A stretch of DNA of 64,000 nt, from assembly GCA_976551045.1 (NCBI GenBank), contig CDPCPM010000280.1, forward strand, positions 1,922,001 to 1,986,000, in the 5' to 3' direction. The notes beneath the pieces were generated by a model. That model ran no database searches. It was not told where the DNA came from and saw only the letters and a program-made list of their open reading frames with translations. This DNA comes from Glaucostegus cemiculus. Lineage: Eukaryota. Position 1 is the stretch's first letter. Every line of letters starts with the position of its first letter. A program made the position numbers and the translations under genes. This document shows, piece by piece, positions 25,231-38,689 of this stretch.

Positions 25231-26864
25231 AGAAATTTGAGGCTGTTTTCCTTCCTAACAGGCTAAAACACAGTCGCTCGCAGACGCAAGCAGCAGTACC
25301 TAATGGCATTCAAACCCCACTTGGATGCCACTTCTGGGAACAGCATGGGATGTAATCCTCCATGGCACAGGCAAGACCTGGATACCAGCACTGAGGACAC
25401 TCTTCCAATTGTACCCTCCTTGTGCCCTGACAGTCCCTTACCCAGGTGTTGTTTCCATTTACAAACCCAACATCCCAACCTCATATGATTCAGCCCACAC
25501 CTTCAGCAGTTGAACCAAATCCCATCCTGCTCCAAGAAGCTGATTGCAGGCGTGAACCATTTTCCTATCCTCCCCCCACCAATGATATCCCAAACCTACC
25601 CAAGATCCCAATACCTGCCTTGTGCCCTCCACCTCTCCTCCCATAATCCTGTCATGACCTGGGTCTGTGACCTACTTGATTTTCCTCCAGCTGCTCTGCA
25701 ATAGTGAGCAGAGGCCTCAGAGCTTGTTAAACACACAAGGCCAATTCTGCTTCAGGCCCAGCACGCACCAGAATTCGACGGAAGCAAGTCTGTCACAGAC
25801 GGTGAACTTATTTTCCAGGTACTGATCAGTTTCTGGACAATGCCCCCCACCCCCACCCCCCAGAGTGCAATGCTCACTCAACACTGGCACATCAGGCTAG
25901 ATTATGTAGTTCAGGCTCTGAAGAACAGCTTGAACCCATTACTAATCTTAACACTCATTTGAAAAGGGGGTGACCCTCAAAAGCAGGAGCTGCAATAATG
26001 CCTTAGGTTAAATTGTTATGAGCTCTGTAATTTGCAAGAGTACTGAGCAGAATCATGCAAAGCAACAGTGTAACATCCTAAACAAATATGTGATCTCTAT
26101 CATCTTTATCTTCACAACTGTGCTCCCTCACTAATTACTCTGGCACTAGTACTCTTGTCATATTGTCTCTGATCTCAACTTTAGACATTAAACTCTTTGT
26201 ATCTTATTTTGCATATACAGAAACTCCTCTGGCTAAATAATTTCCTCCAATGTGATCTTTGGGGATGATATAAAGACACTCAGTTGAGAAATACCCCAAG
26301 CAGGGAAGATTTGTCTTATTATGTTGTACAGTGAAGTTAGAACTGCATTCCCTAAAATCTGTAAGAAGGACCTTATTATCGAGGATACAGAGAGGAAATC
26401 ATTCTGAAAGTTTTCAATATTTCTACCTTAGCAGAGGAGCCAAAACCCAACTGTGTTACACCAGCAAAGTGTTTAACAATGAGTTTGAACTGACCATTTA
26501 ATGCAGTATTTACAATAATAGTTACAGAAATTAATTTATTCCATGAGCTTGCTCTCAAATAAATTCAGTAAGTGTGCAGCAGGAATATTTTTATGTTGAG
26601 AGAAGCACTAGCATTTTCATGCTCTAACTCATTGTCTTCCAAGACAAAATTATAGACTTGATCTCCCTCCTACAACCGATAAACCTTTAAAACCCAAGGC
26701 ACATGCCAAGGGAAGTAAAGGTACATTCTTATCTTTACACAATTCCACGTGGGCAAGCAATATGCTACACAAAAGGCTTTTGCTCTTCATTTTGATTTTT
26801 AAATTAAAAAGGAACTTATGCCAGTTCCCAGTTCTCAATTCTTGAACCTTCCTGATCTACAAGG

Positions 26865-27190
26865 CTCAGGAAGCTTCAAGAATTGATCATTGGTCCAGAC
26901 TGATTCCCTGATTTTAGCTGGAGCAGCTACATCAGCGGCTCTAGGTTAGGAAAAAATAAAGTTGACCAGGGCTCCTGATTGCTGTTAGCGCAGTTCCAAC
27001 TGACACCAACTAACAACAGGATTGGACTCATCTGTAATGTCCCCTGTGTCTGACAGCCTGCCAACACTCACTGACAAGGTTCATCCTTGAATGAAGCCAG
27101 CTGGGTGACACACTGGAGAGTGATCAGCATCAACAAAACCAAACCCTAATGAGATTCTGTCCATAGGGAGGGAAGAGAATGGAGAAGAAA
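26865..27190 (+). mobile_element. Ancient tRNA-derived SINE, best-preserved copy in the window
   Basis: gaccagggctcctgattgct…acaggattggactcatctgtaatgtcccc…agcctgccaacactcactg…ggagggaagagaatggagaagaaaatt. Confidence 0.65.
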
Positions 27191-28399
27191 ATTACCCCAT
27201 TAAACTGATAACGTTGCAGAAAATTTTTGTTATTAACATGTTTTGCTCTTAAATCTACAGCCAATTTCTGACTGAACTTTATCATTTTCTATGATTTCAA
27301 TACCACAGATGTTTCATTGAAAAAGGCAATTACTGAAGTCATTGGGCACAAAATTGACCATAACATTGGAAGGGGCCAGGAATTGGTAACATTCAATAAT
27401 GCCAGATTTTGTAGGTTTTTCATTTGCACTCATTATGTGTTACTTTCCTTCCCACCCAATAAAGATTGTTCAGAGGCGATTTACATATGTCTGTCCTATG
27501 GTTACCACTTACAGGGAAACTGCTCTGCATTTACTTGTTGCAATGGTTCAGGTTCTATTCTAGAAGCGCACATTAATGTTTTCTAACAATGTAATAATTA
27601 ATTAGCTAACACAAAGTGCAGATTCAAGATGAAGGAGTCTGAGCTAGCTTATTTCTAGTAACAGAACACCAAGAATACTTTAAATACTATATTCACGTGT
27701 ATCCAAATACCCCACTAATATTTCAATGCTATTTAGAATACTTGACTATAAAACTTAAATTGTCCAGCATATCTGGTTACTAATGCTAGTGCAGGGAGAC
27801 ATTCTCCTGCAGTACTTGGCCAGGGTACAAGTCTAGACAGTTCCATCTCTGCTTGTCACCAGAATTGTTTAACAGTCACTGTGTCTTTTATTAAAATCTA
27901 TACTAGAATATTCAAAGCTATTAAAAGACAAATCTCCAATTTTAAAGTACTGCCTGCATACCAACAAATCTCTGTAAATTGTTCACAGTTCGACATAGTA
28001 ATAAAAACACAGGGCAACTTTCTAAAGCTGTGGAAATTGTTCAAAACCATAGAACAAAACTGAAGTGGCTAAAAGAAAACGGTATGGCATTATTTCCTTC
28101 CGCACTATGCATAACAAAACAATTTTCGGAAGTGGAATGCAATTGGAGCCATTTCCAGACTGAATTAGGCTGCTCCGGAAATTCAGCTGGGCACATCCAG
28201 TTGCAATTCACCTCTGTGCATCTGACGTGACTTCTGCAACATTTAACAAATAATGTCACTGATCTTTCTGCCTTTAGCCTCTTACACTGTTCCAGCCAAG
28301 CCCTAATCTTTTGTCTGAGTGCATTATAGCCCTCAGGACTCGATGCTGAATTCAACAATTCCAGCTAACCAGCTTTTCTAGTTTGTGCCAGAACTGGCC

Positions 28400-28825
28400 A
28401 ATTCTAACCAAAGGTCATCAACCTGTACTATTAATTCTAGTGATCCCTCTCCATATTCGCTTCCTGACCTGAGAGTATTTAAATATTTTTGTTTAGATCA
28501 AATTTTGTGTTTTGTATCTCAATAATTCTCTGCTCTCATTCAGCTCCTTCTCTTCCTTCCTCTCATTTCCTTCACCACAACCTTTTTTAGCAAGAACCAC
28601 AACCACTTGTGACAGTCTCTTGGTTTCCACACTGTATCACACATTCCTTTTGTTCTCTCCGTCCCTTCCCTTCCTCTGCAACTTAAAGTGTTCTTGAATT
28701 CTAACTTTTTCTAGTTTGGTCATAGGTCATTGACTGGAAACATTTCCTTTCCACAAGCGACTGCCTCACCTGCTGAGTATTTTGAGCATTATCTGTTTTT
28801 ATTTCAGATTTCCTGAATCAGCAAT
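28400..28825 (+). mobile_element. Penelope-derived relic with two tandem pLTR-like units (decayed hammerhead cores)
   Basis: aaaggtcatcaacctg and ataggtcattgactggaaac, each followed by cctgacctg/cacctgctgagtatt…tttatttcagatttcc. Confidence 0.65.
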
Positions 28826-28967
28826 TATTGACTGTTGAAATACCATACCCCATGCAATACAAAAATCCTTCCACATTTTTCCAGGGCTGCCAATGAGTAT
28901 TCCGAGGACAAACAACACCCATTAACTCCTATTGGTCTCCCTTGGCCAGATTTTTATGATGGTTCTA

Positions 28968-29413
28968 GTTATAGAACACAGAACACTACAGCACAGTGTG
29001 GGCCCTTTGGCCCACAATATTGTGCCGACCTATATACACCTATTCCACGTTCTATCCAACCCTCCCCTCCTGCACAGCCCATAACCCTCCATTTTTCTTA
29101 CATCCATGTGCCTATCTAAGTGTCTTTTAAGTGCTCCTATTGTATCAGCCTCTACCACCACCCCCTGCAGTGCGTTCCAGGCACCCACCACTCTCTGTGA
29201 AAGTTTACCTTTGACATCTCCCTAAACTTCCCTCCACTCACCTTAAAAAGATATCCTCTGGTATTGGCCGCTGCTGCCCTGGGAAGAGGCACTGGCTGTT
29301 CACTCTATTTATCCCTCTCATAATCTTATACACCTCTATCAAGTAGCCTCATCTTGTATCGCTTCAAAGAGAAAAGTCCTAGCTCGCTCAACCTTTCCTG
29401 ATAAGACATGTTC
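28968..29413 (-). mobile_element. CR1 LINE 3' portion
   Basis: Reverse strand: LIEVYKIMRGINRVNSQCLFP…FTERVVGAWNALQGVVVEADTIGALKRHLDRHMD, plus a tail ending gttctgtgttctat. Confidence 0.9.
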
Positions 29414-29424
29414 TAGATGTAGTG

Positions 29425-30050
29425 AAGATGACCAAAAGCTTGGTCACAGAAGTGGGTTTCAAAAGGCGTCATAAAAGGATGAACTATATCGAGATGCAGA
29501 TATATTTGAGGAGGGGCAGAGATAGTGGGAAAGGGTAGGAAACTTCAGAGCTTTGTCACCTGAAGAAACAACCATCCATCCTGGAGTACTCTGGAGGCTA
29601 GAAGTGAAGCAGCACAGATTTATCTAGGATAATCTAGGAGATTATAGAGATGGGAGGGTCAAAAACAGCGAGGAACATGAGCCAAGGATGAGAATTTTAC
29701 AATCAGAACATTGCTTATCCAGGAGCTAAAGTAGGTCAGAGAGGGCAAGTAAGCCATGACAGTTTATGGAGAGGAAAGCAGAGCAGGCCACTCTGGGGTG
29801 CACTGAGTAGTTAAGCCTCAAGTTAAGAAAGGTATGATTGAATCATTTTAACAGATGAGCTGAAGCAAGGACAGGCAGGTGAAAACAGGTCTCAGTGACT
29901 GAGCAGATATAAAGACAGAGCCCCATGGTCAGATACAATGTGGCAACTACAATTCAGCCTTAGTAAACTGCCATGAAGAGGAATATGGGGTTGGTGGTGA
30001 AGGAATGGAATTTTTGGCCATTATTTTGTTGAAGGAAACTGCTCCACATG
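29425..30050 (-). mobile_element. L2-like LINE 3' portion, decayed
   Basis: gaccaaaagcttggtcacagaagtgggtttcaaaagg…aggatgagaatttta…gtaggtcagagagggca. Confidence 0.6.
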
Positions 30051-31149
30051 TCCGTTATGGATTTAAGTGACAGACATTATTTCCATTGTCAAACTTCAGG
30101 CAGCCCGTCATAGGTGTTAACAGGAAGGAGGCTGCTATTTAAAAAATGTGGACTGAATATTTACTTTAATATATAAAAGAGAACGATGTAGTTCAGAAAG
30201 CAACAATTCTGAGTATGGCACTACCACAGCATTCATGGAATTCACTTTCCAGGAAAATTACTCTGTTCTTTCATATTTCAAAATCCAATCACTAAGAACA
30301 GTGTACTCTGCAGTTAATGTCACACAAAGGACCCAGAGAGGGGGAGGAGGATTACTCAATAGCTTATCTGTATACTGCTGTGGACAGACTGTCCTGTGAG
30401 CAGTGACTGTACTTTAAAGTGCATTCAATGGCTAAATGTCAAGAGACCACATTCAAGATCAGAAACATTCTACATCATGAAGCTAAGATTAAACATTCTA
30501 CATTGCATAACATTGTTTCCCCATTTTGAAAGAAAAATATACCCACAAACACATCTTAAATTTTGCAGTTTGCAAATTTTCTGTGGCTCGGGGGTGAAAG
30601 GTTTTTTTTGGCTTGTGTAATCAGAAGCGATCAAATGGGAATGCAATACTGCTGACTTTTCCAAGTAAAGTTATCAACAAGAGGAATTTCATCCACTGTG
30701 TCCAACTCCATTATCAATACTTAGGAAACAACTTTAATGCAAAAAGCAGAACTAATTTCTACTAACCTCCTAACCAAATTAATATTATAGCTCAGAAATT
30801 CTACAGTGTCTAAATTGTGCAAAATTTTCATGCAGTGCCCTGGTAGTGATATTCTATTCAATAAGGCCAAAAGACATCACACAAAATAAAAAGGCCTGCA
30901 TGAATAAAACATAGTTCTTTTTCCATGTCTTAGTTGTACCCTTTCCATTACTTTTCCAAGTAAAATCCTTTTGAACAATAAAAGAAAAACAAATTGCAAC
31001 TTCTAATTTTTATGTTTGCATATTTACATTTAAACATCTTTTTCATTTGTTAAAAATCTACAGGCAGCTGAGGTTCTTAATCAGCACTGCACCCAAGCAT
31101 AAACCTTCCATTGGAAAGCAGTTATGTTTCCAAGTCAGGATCAAGTGCA

Positions 31150-31235
31150 GTTCTCCTTGGATGTTGCCTAATCTGGTGAATTTTTCTAGCATTTGTTGCT
31201 TTTATTCAGATTTCCAGCATCTGCTGCATTTACCA
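31150..31235 (+). mobile_element. Penelope-derived tail relic
   Basis: gatgttgcctaatctggtgaatttttctagcatttgttgcttttattcagatttccagcatctgc. Confidence 0.6.
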
Positions 31236-31949
31236 TTATTTACAATAAAATATTTAGCAACTGCATTTAACACTGAATGCCATCAATATAAATTGAAGTA
31301 GTGATTGACACTATACTGAAAACATTTAGTATAAACCTAGATGCAAGAAGGTTACTAGATTAAAGGGTCAGAACTCTCTGGGGGTGAGACAGTGCCTTTC
31401 AAGGCTTAATAGAAAGAAATTTAGCAATCCTTCCAAGCTCGTGAAATACTGAACATTCTGAACACTCCACAATGATGTCATTTATACTGAGGTTCCATTT
31501 GCAAGAAACAAGTAACTTAGAAACCCTTTTGCTGGAAATAAAACTAATCAAGGGAGATTTTCTAACATGTCTAGACTGCAAACCATATGGCATGGAATCA
31601 GTCAGAATTATACAGTGCAATTAATTATTATGTTAATTTACAACATTTATCTTGGTTTGAATGTGACTGCAATATTTAAATAGTACAATAGTCTTTTCTG
31701 TGAAACATCTAAAACTTTGAGATTTTAATGACAATGCTGGTAAGAACTGTTCAATACTTCAATAGGATATATGCTATTTATGCATTAAACAAAACTGATA
31801 CTATTAAATTGGCTTCTTGCCCCATTTTAAATGCAGAATTAAGTTTGAATTGAGTTCTTCTCCTTTCATATATTTTCTATCTGGAGGAAGCTTTCTTTTT
31901 CTTTCTTAACTTTTCAGTCCTTATTAGGTCAAACTGAGTGTAATGCGTT

Positions 31950-33120
31950 CATGGTGACAGACTATCATATTGCCAGCCTGTCTGAGATGCATTGAGCAAA
32001 CACAACCACTGTAACAGCCAACACTTGGCAATGCCCGAGGCAGGCAGGCAGGCAAACAGACATTCCGATATGAAACCTGCTTTGAATGTACAGCCTCTTT
32101 TGGCTGATCTGTAAACAGACCCCATAAAGGTTCGAAACCTGAACTCTGGTTGAAAGGAACAGGAAGGTGTCAGTCAATACTTTCTTTTTGTGGTGGTGGG
32201 GGTGGAAAGAAAAAGTTTAATACAGCCAACCCCATCTTGAAGTGGTGTACTGATTCACACCCTTAAACACAGATCATATTTCTACCCATTTCAGTTCAGT
32301 TTCTTTCTTAATCTGGCACTTGAAATGTTTCTCTCCATAGCAACCGACATAACAGTGGGTCCAGGCCAAAGTGTAGCTAGACAAATAGTGCTCATCTCCC
32401 AGTAGCAGATGATTTGGAATTTTTTTTTGAACAGTATATAAAAGGAACTGCCCTGAGATTGCCAACTCATTGGGCTTGAAAAGAACTTTGTTCTTTTAAT
32501 CCTGAAAGAACTCCTGCTGCATTGCAAAAATAACACAAACACTTTTTTGTAATACCTTCCCACACCTCCCCCAACCTCCCCCTCATCCAGTCAATATTAA
32601 AAAGGGGCATTGCTAACAGAAGTTTCCAGTGGCTAAGCCAAACATTCCTTTTGGGGGAAAAAAAAACACCCACACCAGAGTATTTAAAATGGGAACGCAC
32701 TGCAATATTGCAAGGTCTCTTAAAAGCTGATCAAACCGAAATAATTCTAAGCCTGGTGTAAAAAGGGCCATCTTTTGATACATTGCACACAGTTTAAACT
32801 CTTCAAATGTACCATCAGTGAACAGATTATCAAAGGATATAATGACTTTCCATCCCTAATTGGTGGGACAGTTCCAAAATATAAAGGTTCAAAAACCCGG
32901 TTTCTTAATTCCACCCATCACACAACAAAGACAGAGGTGTCCTGTCTACCGTCATGGGAGCCTCAGACATGCAGAGTGACTTCCCACGATTGGTTGGTTG
33001 TCACTTTTGGAAATGAGTCAGTGATTAGCTGGCTCTGAGCCTTACATACAGAAGCATTGATTGGACAAAAACTATCCACATTCACAATCCTACTTTTAAT
33101 ACTTGCCAATAGAATCTCCT
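31950..33120. promoter_or_regulatory. Repeat-free putative regulatory block (RFX, RBPJ, NF-Y, AP-1 and TEAD motifs)
   Basis: CCATAGCAAC 32335-32344; TTCCCACG 32981-32988; CCAAT boxes 32989-32993, 33060-33064 and 33106-33110; TGAGTCA 33014-33020. Confidence 0.35.
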
Positions 33121-35439
33121 TATCAAAAGATGATATCCTTCTTGACTGTGGAAGTCCGTACAGATGCCATCTTCTGATAGGAATTATTTAGTCTGCAATA
33201 AAGTGGAGTCCTCATTGTCCTGTGCTGGCTGGACATGCACCAAAAACTTTTGTTGTTGCATTCCACTGGTACAGTCACTTTGTGAATTGGCTGGGGACAG
33301 CAGCATTGCATTGGAAGGCAAGACACGCAGTTATGTTCACATTTCATTTTAACTGCCATTATTAAAAACAGAATAATAAATGAATAGGTTCACAATATTC
33401 ACATCTGCTTGATCCCCATTCCCCCAGCACCACAAACAATATTGTTTTAAATGACATGTTTGTGCACTTTGAAAACTAAAACAGAAGAGTAATGGAGCTA
33501 ATCCAGTTTGTAATTAAACAGTTGTACTCCACCAGGTTAATAAAGTCCTAGTGAAATGTAGGACTGTAATACAGCTAGATCCATGTCCCCAAAAAAATCT
33601 CATAGACAGTGTTAAATAGATAGATGACCACGTCCATTACATAAAAGTCTGTTTTAAAACAGAAAATAGGTTAAAATAATATAGCTTCACTGAAACACTC
33701 CTTTGGTGTGGCTTCTATATACAGCAGTCAGCCATTCCAAGCCAGTTTTATTAGCCTGGTCTTCATGGGCTGGCTTTAGCCACACATCCACTAAAGCCAC
33801 TCCCTCCTTTTCTGTAGTGGACGGGGAAGAGTTGGCTTATCTCTGTACAGGTGCAAAGTGCAATGTTGTCCAGAATCGCAATTTTAAAAAGCTCACATCA
33901 AGATGGCTCCAGCTAACTTACCTACTGTAATTTCAAATCACCACGCTAACCACTGTATCCAAACTGACACTATTACATTGGAGGTGAGAGGAAACATAAG
34001 ACAAATTTGGTGTGATAGGTAATTAAACTTTCTAGCAAGGAAAAGGGTATTTTTTTGCCCATGAGCAAAGTTGAAGCTTTTCAAATTGCTGTTTGATGCG
34101 TTGCCCTGATTAAAGTTTGTCTTCTGTTATATATTTCCAATATATTCCCTCTTGGAATTTTAATGAAAAATCATTTTACTTTGGGTTGATTACAAGAGTA
34201 TACTGCATATTACATAATGGCTTCAAGTAGAAACGGTTAGGTAATATGCTAGGTATTAGGGAGTCTAGTCTGTTTATTACAAAGCACTAGACACAAGAGA
34301 TAATAAAATGTGCCTGTGCGTTTCACAGCATAAGATGTTTGAAAATCAAAGGAGGCAAACTAATTTGGATGTGGAACAATCTCAGCCCTACTAGACCCAC
34401 ACCGACAAAGGTGGACTGCACCAATTGCAGAGCTGTTTTGTGACTTGTGACCGACCTAGTTGACCTATGATTGGCAGAGAGCGTGACCCAAGCAGATCCA
34501 GGTCAAGAGCAGAAAGTAGGATAGCAGAAGTCACTTTCAATAATAGTGGTAGCAATAGCATTGGCAGAGATACAGCCAGCAACACTGGCACTAATATAGT
34601 CTGGAGCACTTTTAGCATCAGGGCTGTGAACCAAGGTCATAGCATGATGCCAGATGCCGAACTTTAAACTGCAAACCAGGAAGACAGGAATCAACTGCTG
34701 CCAGAAGACTCAGTGAAAGTGACCCTACAGTCTGACAGAGACGCACTGGTCTCCCAGCAAAATGAACTATCCCATAACCAGGTTGAGGAGAATTGCTGAA
34801 GTGAGACGAGACAATGCAAAGGTCCATTAGGAGGACACTGTGCAATGGCACTTCTACCTAACCACAAAATCCCTGAAAGTTCAGAGGCTCCAGGGTGTAA
34901 AAGTGAACAAAAAAAAAGACTGCTATATGACTGGAAATGTGTTGACTACAGCATTGCTTGTTGTTGCAAGATTTGCATGTATGAATTTTCAATGAAATAA
35001 AGTATTTAATTTTGTAAATAATAAAAAGTGCTCATTAAATGTAATTTCTCTTCCATGTCAAGATATTTTTTAAGATCACAGTAGGTACTCTGCCAGCCTG
35101 TAACAAGCCAGAAAACTGTTACAAACTGTCCACTTGCTGGATGGCTCTCCCAAGCAGAGGCTTTGGAACCTCAAAGCACCTCAGGCCAGATCTGTGAACA
35201 GGAGGTGGTCCAATGCAGCCAAGTTACTCCATTTCATGCAATGCTTTGCAATCACTGTAAGCATCATATTATCGTGGAGGGCATCACTGCAAGCCAAACC
35301 TGTGCTTGACCACTGTCCAAAGAGGTTCAGGGTTCAGCAGAGGTCACTAAACAGTTATCAAGAATGTGAATCCTCCAGTGATTCCAGCACCACTGCAACT
35401 GCCAACTCAGCATGTTCCAGTATTTTCTCTCTCTCCTGT

Positions 35440-35718
35440 ACACTCATTCATTTCCTTATTAAATTTTCACTGGACAGATCAGCTACGATTATCAAGCCTT
35501 CACCACCTTACGTCAGCTCCACTTGTGTCAGTTACTCTTCCTCTGTCACTGCCCTGTTACATAACCATTGTTCTCTTCACTGCTCCCTTTCTCTGCAACT
35601 TAAAACATCTTTGATTACTAAAATTCTATTTCTTATGAAAGGTTGTCAACCTAGAAAGTTAATTCTGCTTCTCTCTTCACAAATGCTGAGTATTCCCAGC
35701 ATTTTTTGTTTTTATCTT
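35440..35718 (+). mobile_element. Penelope-derived pLTR relic with decayed hammerhead
   Basis: ctctgcaacttaaaac…CTTATGA-A-AGGTTG-t-CAACCT-agaaagttaatt…tgctgagtattcccagcatt. Confidence 0.65.
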
Positions 35719-38689
35719 TTGGACCTTTTTAATGTGTAGGGAGTCTAATGAATCAACCACTTCATGAAAAAGCTTCATACTAGCTCAGCTGTCAATGTTG
35801 CACTCCCCCCTAACCACCCACTCACATGCTTACCTTGTACACCACCACTTCATAAATGTTTGAACAGCAGCATTTTTAAAGGAACATACTTGGTTACAGA
35901 AATCATTTAATGCATCTGCCCTGGATTCTTTATAAACTCCAAGAGGCACATCTAAGAGCTTTTAAATATTTTATAAGCAACACAACAGAGTACATCAGTT
36001 CTTTGCACTGTAGACATATGGAAGGATTACTACTGTTAAAATTTTTATGCTGCTTTTGGTAAGATTTATCTCTTCCAGCTCATACTAACCAAACAACTTC
36101 ACACAATAAGCTTTCTGCTTTTATGAAGGGAGTCTTGCCAACATTTAAAAATCAAACAGGTGAAAGAATTTGCTGCATTAATGCAATTGGAGATACTTCA
36201 GTTTTTTAACAGCACATGTTGATGGTGTCACCAGGGAAATTGCCTTGTACAACATAAAGAATCCTAATGGTGTGGGGTAACTAGACAGTATTAAAAAGAC
36301 CCACCAGGACAATAATATCATCACATTTGACATAATTGAAAATACCAAGGCAAAACGTGAGTTAAGCACATAAAATAATATCCAAATTTAATTCTCTCTA
36401 ACTTCAATTTCTTCTACAAGTATCATTTAGTTTTGTATCACAGGAATAGCTGAATGAAATTACAGTTCCATCATTGTCATTCCTTTAGAGAAAGGGAAGA
36501 AAATTAATAAATCTTTTAATTAGCCATTTTAGTAATTGCCCATACTTTTAATTCCACATGGCTCACGAAGCTAGCAAAACCATTTCACGTTGAAAAGCTA
36601 CTTGGTTTGCTTGCTTTAAGCACAAAAATCACAGTAACTTTTAAATGTTTATCATGACATACATGCAAAGACATTTACTGTTGTTGTATGTTTTCCTAAA
36701 GGTTACATGTTTCAACTGGCAGATTTGCTTTTGGTAAAAGGGAAAGAAACCCCAAGAAATGAGATACTGAAAAGTTAAGAAAACTCAAAACTGACTCAAT
36801 CAAACCAGTTTTAGGAGTGTCAGGAGGGATCTCGGGGTGTGAAACTGCATCTGTGGTATGACTGCACCCTAAGTGGGAAGTGTGTTAATGAGGGCAAACT
36901 GAATGTCCCCACATACGTGTAATTTGCAGTTCATTACATCAATCAGAGAGCATTGCTGGAGCTGCCATTTTGGAGTTCAATGCTGCATCAAATGCTCTCC
37001 CTTAAAAAAGTCACTGAGACTCTCTATTCATTATTTTTCATTATTCCTTGTCATAAACAAGCAGGCAGAGCAAACAAGACTCTGAGAGGACTGCAGGCTT
37101 CAGCAAGATGTTGGAATGCCACTACCTGCAGCCACATCCATCACAGGTAACGCCTGTCAACTCCACTCTCTGCTGGGAATGAAAGGAATTCCAGTGCCTC
37201 GACATTCAGCTGGCAGTGAATTGTGCCCGTCAACGCCCAGTAAAGCACCACCAGTCATAATGTCTTCATTCTGCGGCAGCTGCATTTGAGCCTCCACGGC
37301 AAACTAAGTGGCGACAACTGGGTGACAAAGGGCCTGAAGCACAAATATGTGGCCTGCAGAAAAGAAGAGCAACACGTATGCCGAGAGCGGAAAAAGCATG
37401 AGATATGTGGAGCGTATGATTGTAGAACATTAGTCCTGCTAGGGAATGTGACAAAAATGCGATAATTGAGCAGTGCAAAGAGTGGGCATGCAAGTGGTAC
37501 AATACGACATTTGAAGGTGCTTTCATTTACCTTGGTCATTCTAGTAAAGTCACTGAACCTCCTAACATCACTGTATTCAGGGTCTCAGGGCTCAACTGAC
37601 CCATGCCCAAACTTACCAGAGCCATCTGCTCTTTCTGCCTTCTGAACACAAGCCAGGAGAATCTCCTCGCTCTCTGCAGCCACCATACCCCACTCCTGCT
37701 TGCCAATCCCTCCACCAAGGCCTCAGCAAAACAACCCATGTTCTGTCTCCACCAAGTACACTTCATTCTTAAAATATAGTTATACTATGCAGAATATTGC
37801 ATTGCCTCAATTCACTGCAACAAGCACATCATTATATTTGCTTACAACAGTTACACTAGTCAACATGGCATTTCCAGCTGAAACATTCCAACAGCAATAA
37901 ATTTAACAGGTTATTTAACAAATTAACAGATTACACTGGAGCCCCACCCCTCAGGTGTGCAGTGACAGGAGGACTTGACATTCTCATCTTTCCCCACCAA
38001 GCCTTTGCAGCAGCTGCACCAAGCATCAGTCCCTCTCATGTTCTACCATTCTGGAGTTTCCTGGGTCAGGTTCAGTTGTAGAATGCCTGCCAGCACCTGT
38101 TCCAGTTACAATGCCTTATCCCTTTAAGCTGTTCTGGCTAGCTTTAAGCAATGCAGATTGACCATAACTGCTCCCAGCCATCACAGCATAGTTCCCCTGA
38201 CAATGAACATCATGCTCAGTGTTGGCTGGATGCTACAGCATTATAATTAGCAGGCAGCACATTATTGGTTTGCCACCTGCATTACAATGAATAGGCAGGG
38301 GTTAATTGCACTGTAATTCCTGTGCCCAATTTCAGGGCTATCGAAGTTCTCCCCACCCCCAAGGTAAAAACATATCACCGTCACAGGAAATTTTACTCAT
38401 GCAGCTTTATTTTAAAGTAGTAATATCTAAACTAATGCAATTCACCTCCTTAGTTCTGTCTGACCAAAGTCCTTTCATAGTCCTTAACCCATATCTCCAT
38501 TTGATGCAATCTAGTAATTAAGGAGTTAAAATCATCCCCTGGTCACCATCCCCTCATTTTCTGCTTCAAGAGTGCAAGCTTTCCTTTCATGGAATGAAAA
38601 CAATGACTCTGTGAAACAAAAGACACAGCCCAAGAACAGCTGGCATTCAGGCAGCTTGAAGAATATAAAAAAGACAGCTTAAAATAAAT

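Noticed and set aside
33133-33140. ATATCCTT, a U12 AT-AC donor consensus
   Set aside because: No flanking exon or matching U12 branch point/acceptor; an 8-mer is expected by chance.
33917-33965. Minus-strand TAG|GTAAGT as an exon or recursive site
   Set aside because: No polypyrimidine tract directly upstream and stops in all frames; compatible with chance.
35134-35739. 201-aa ORF
   Set aside because: Runs through a non-coding Penelope pLTR relic; no domain.
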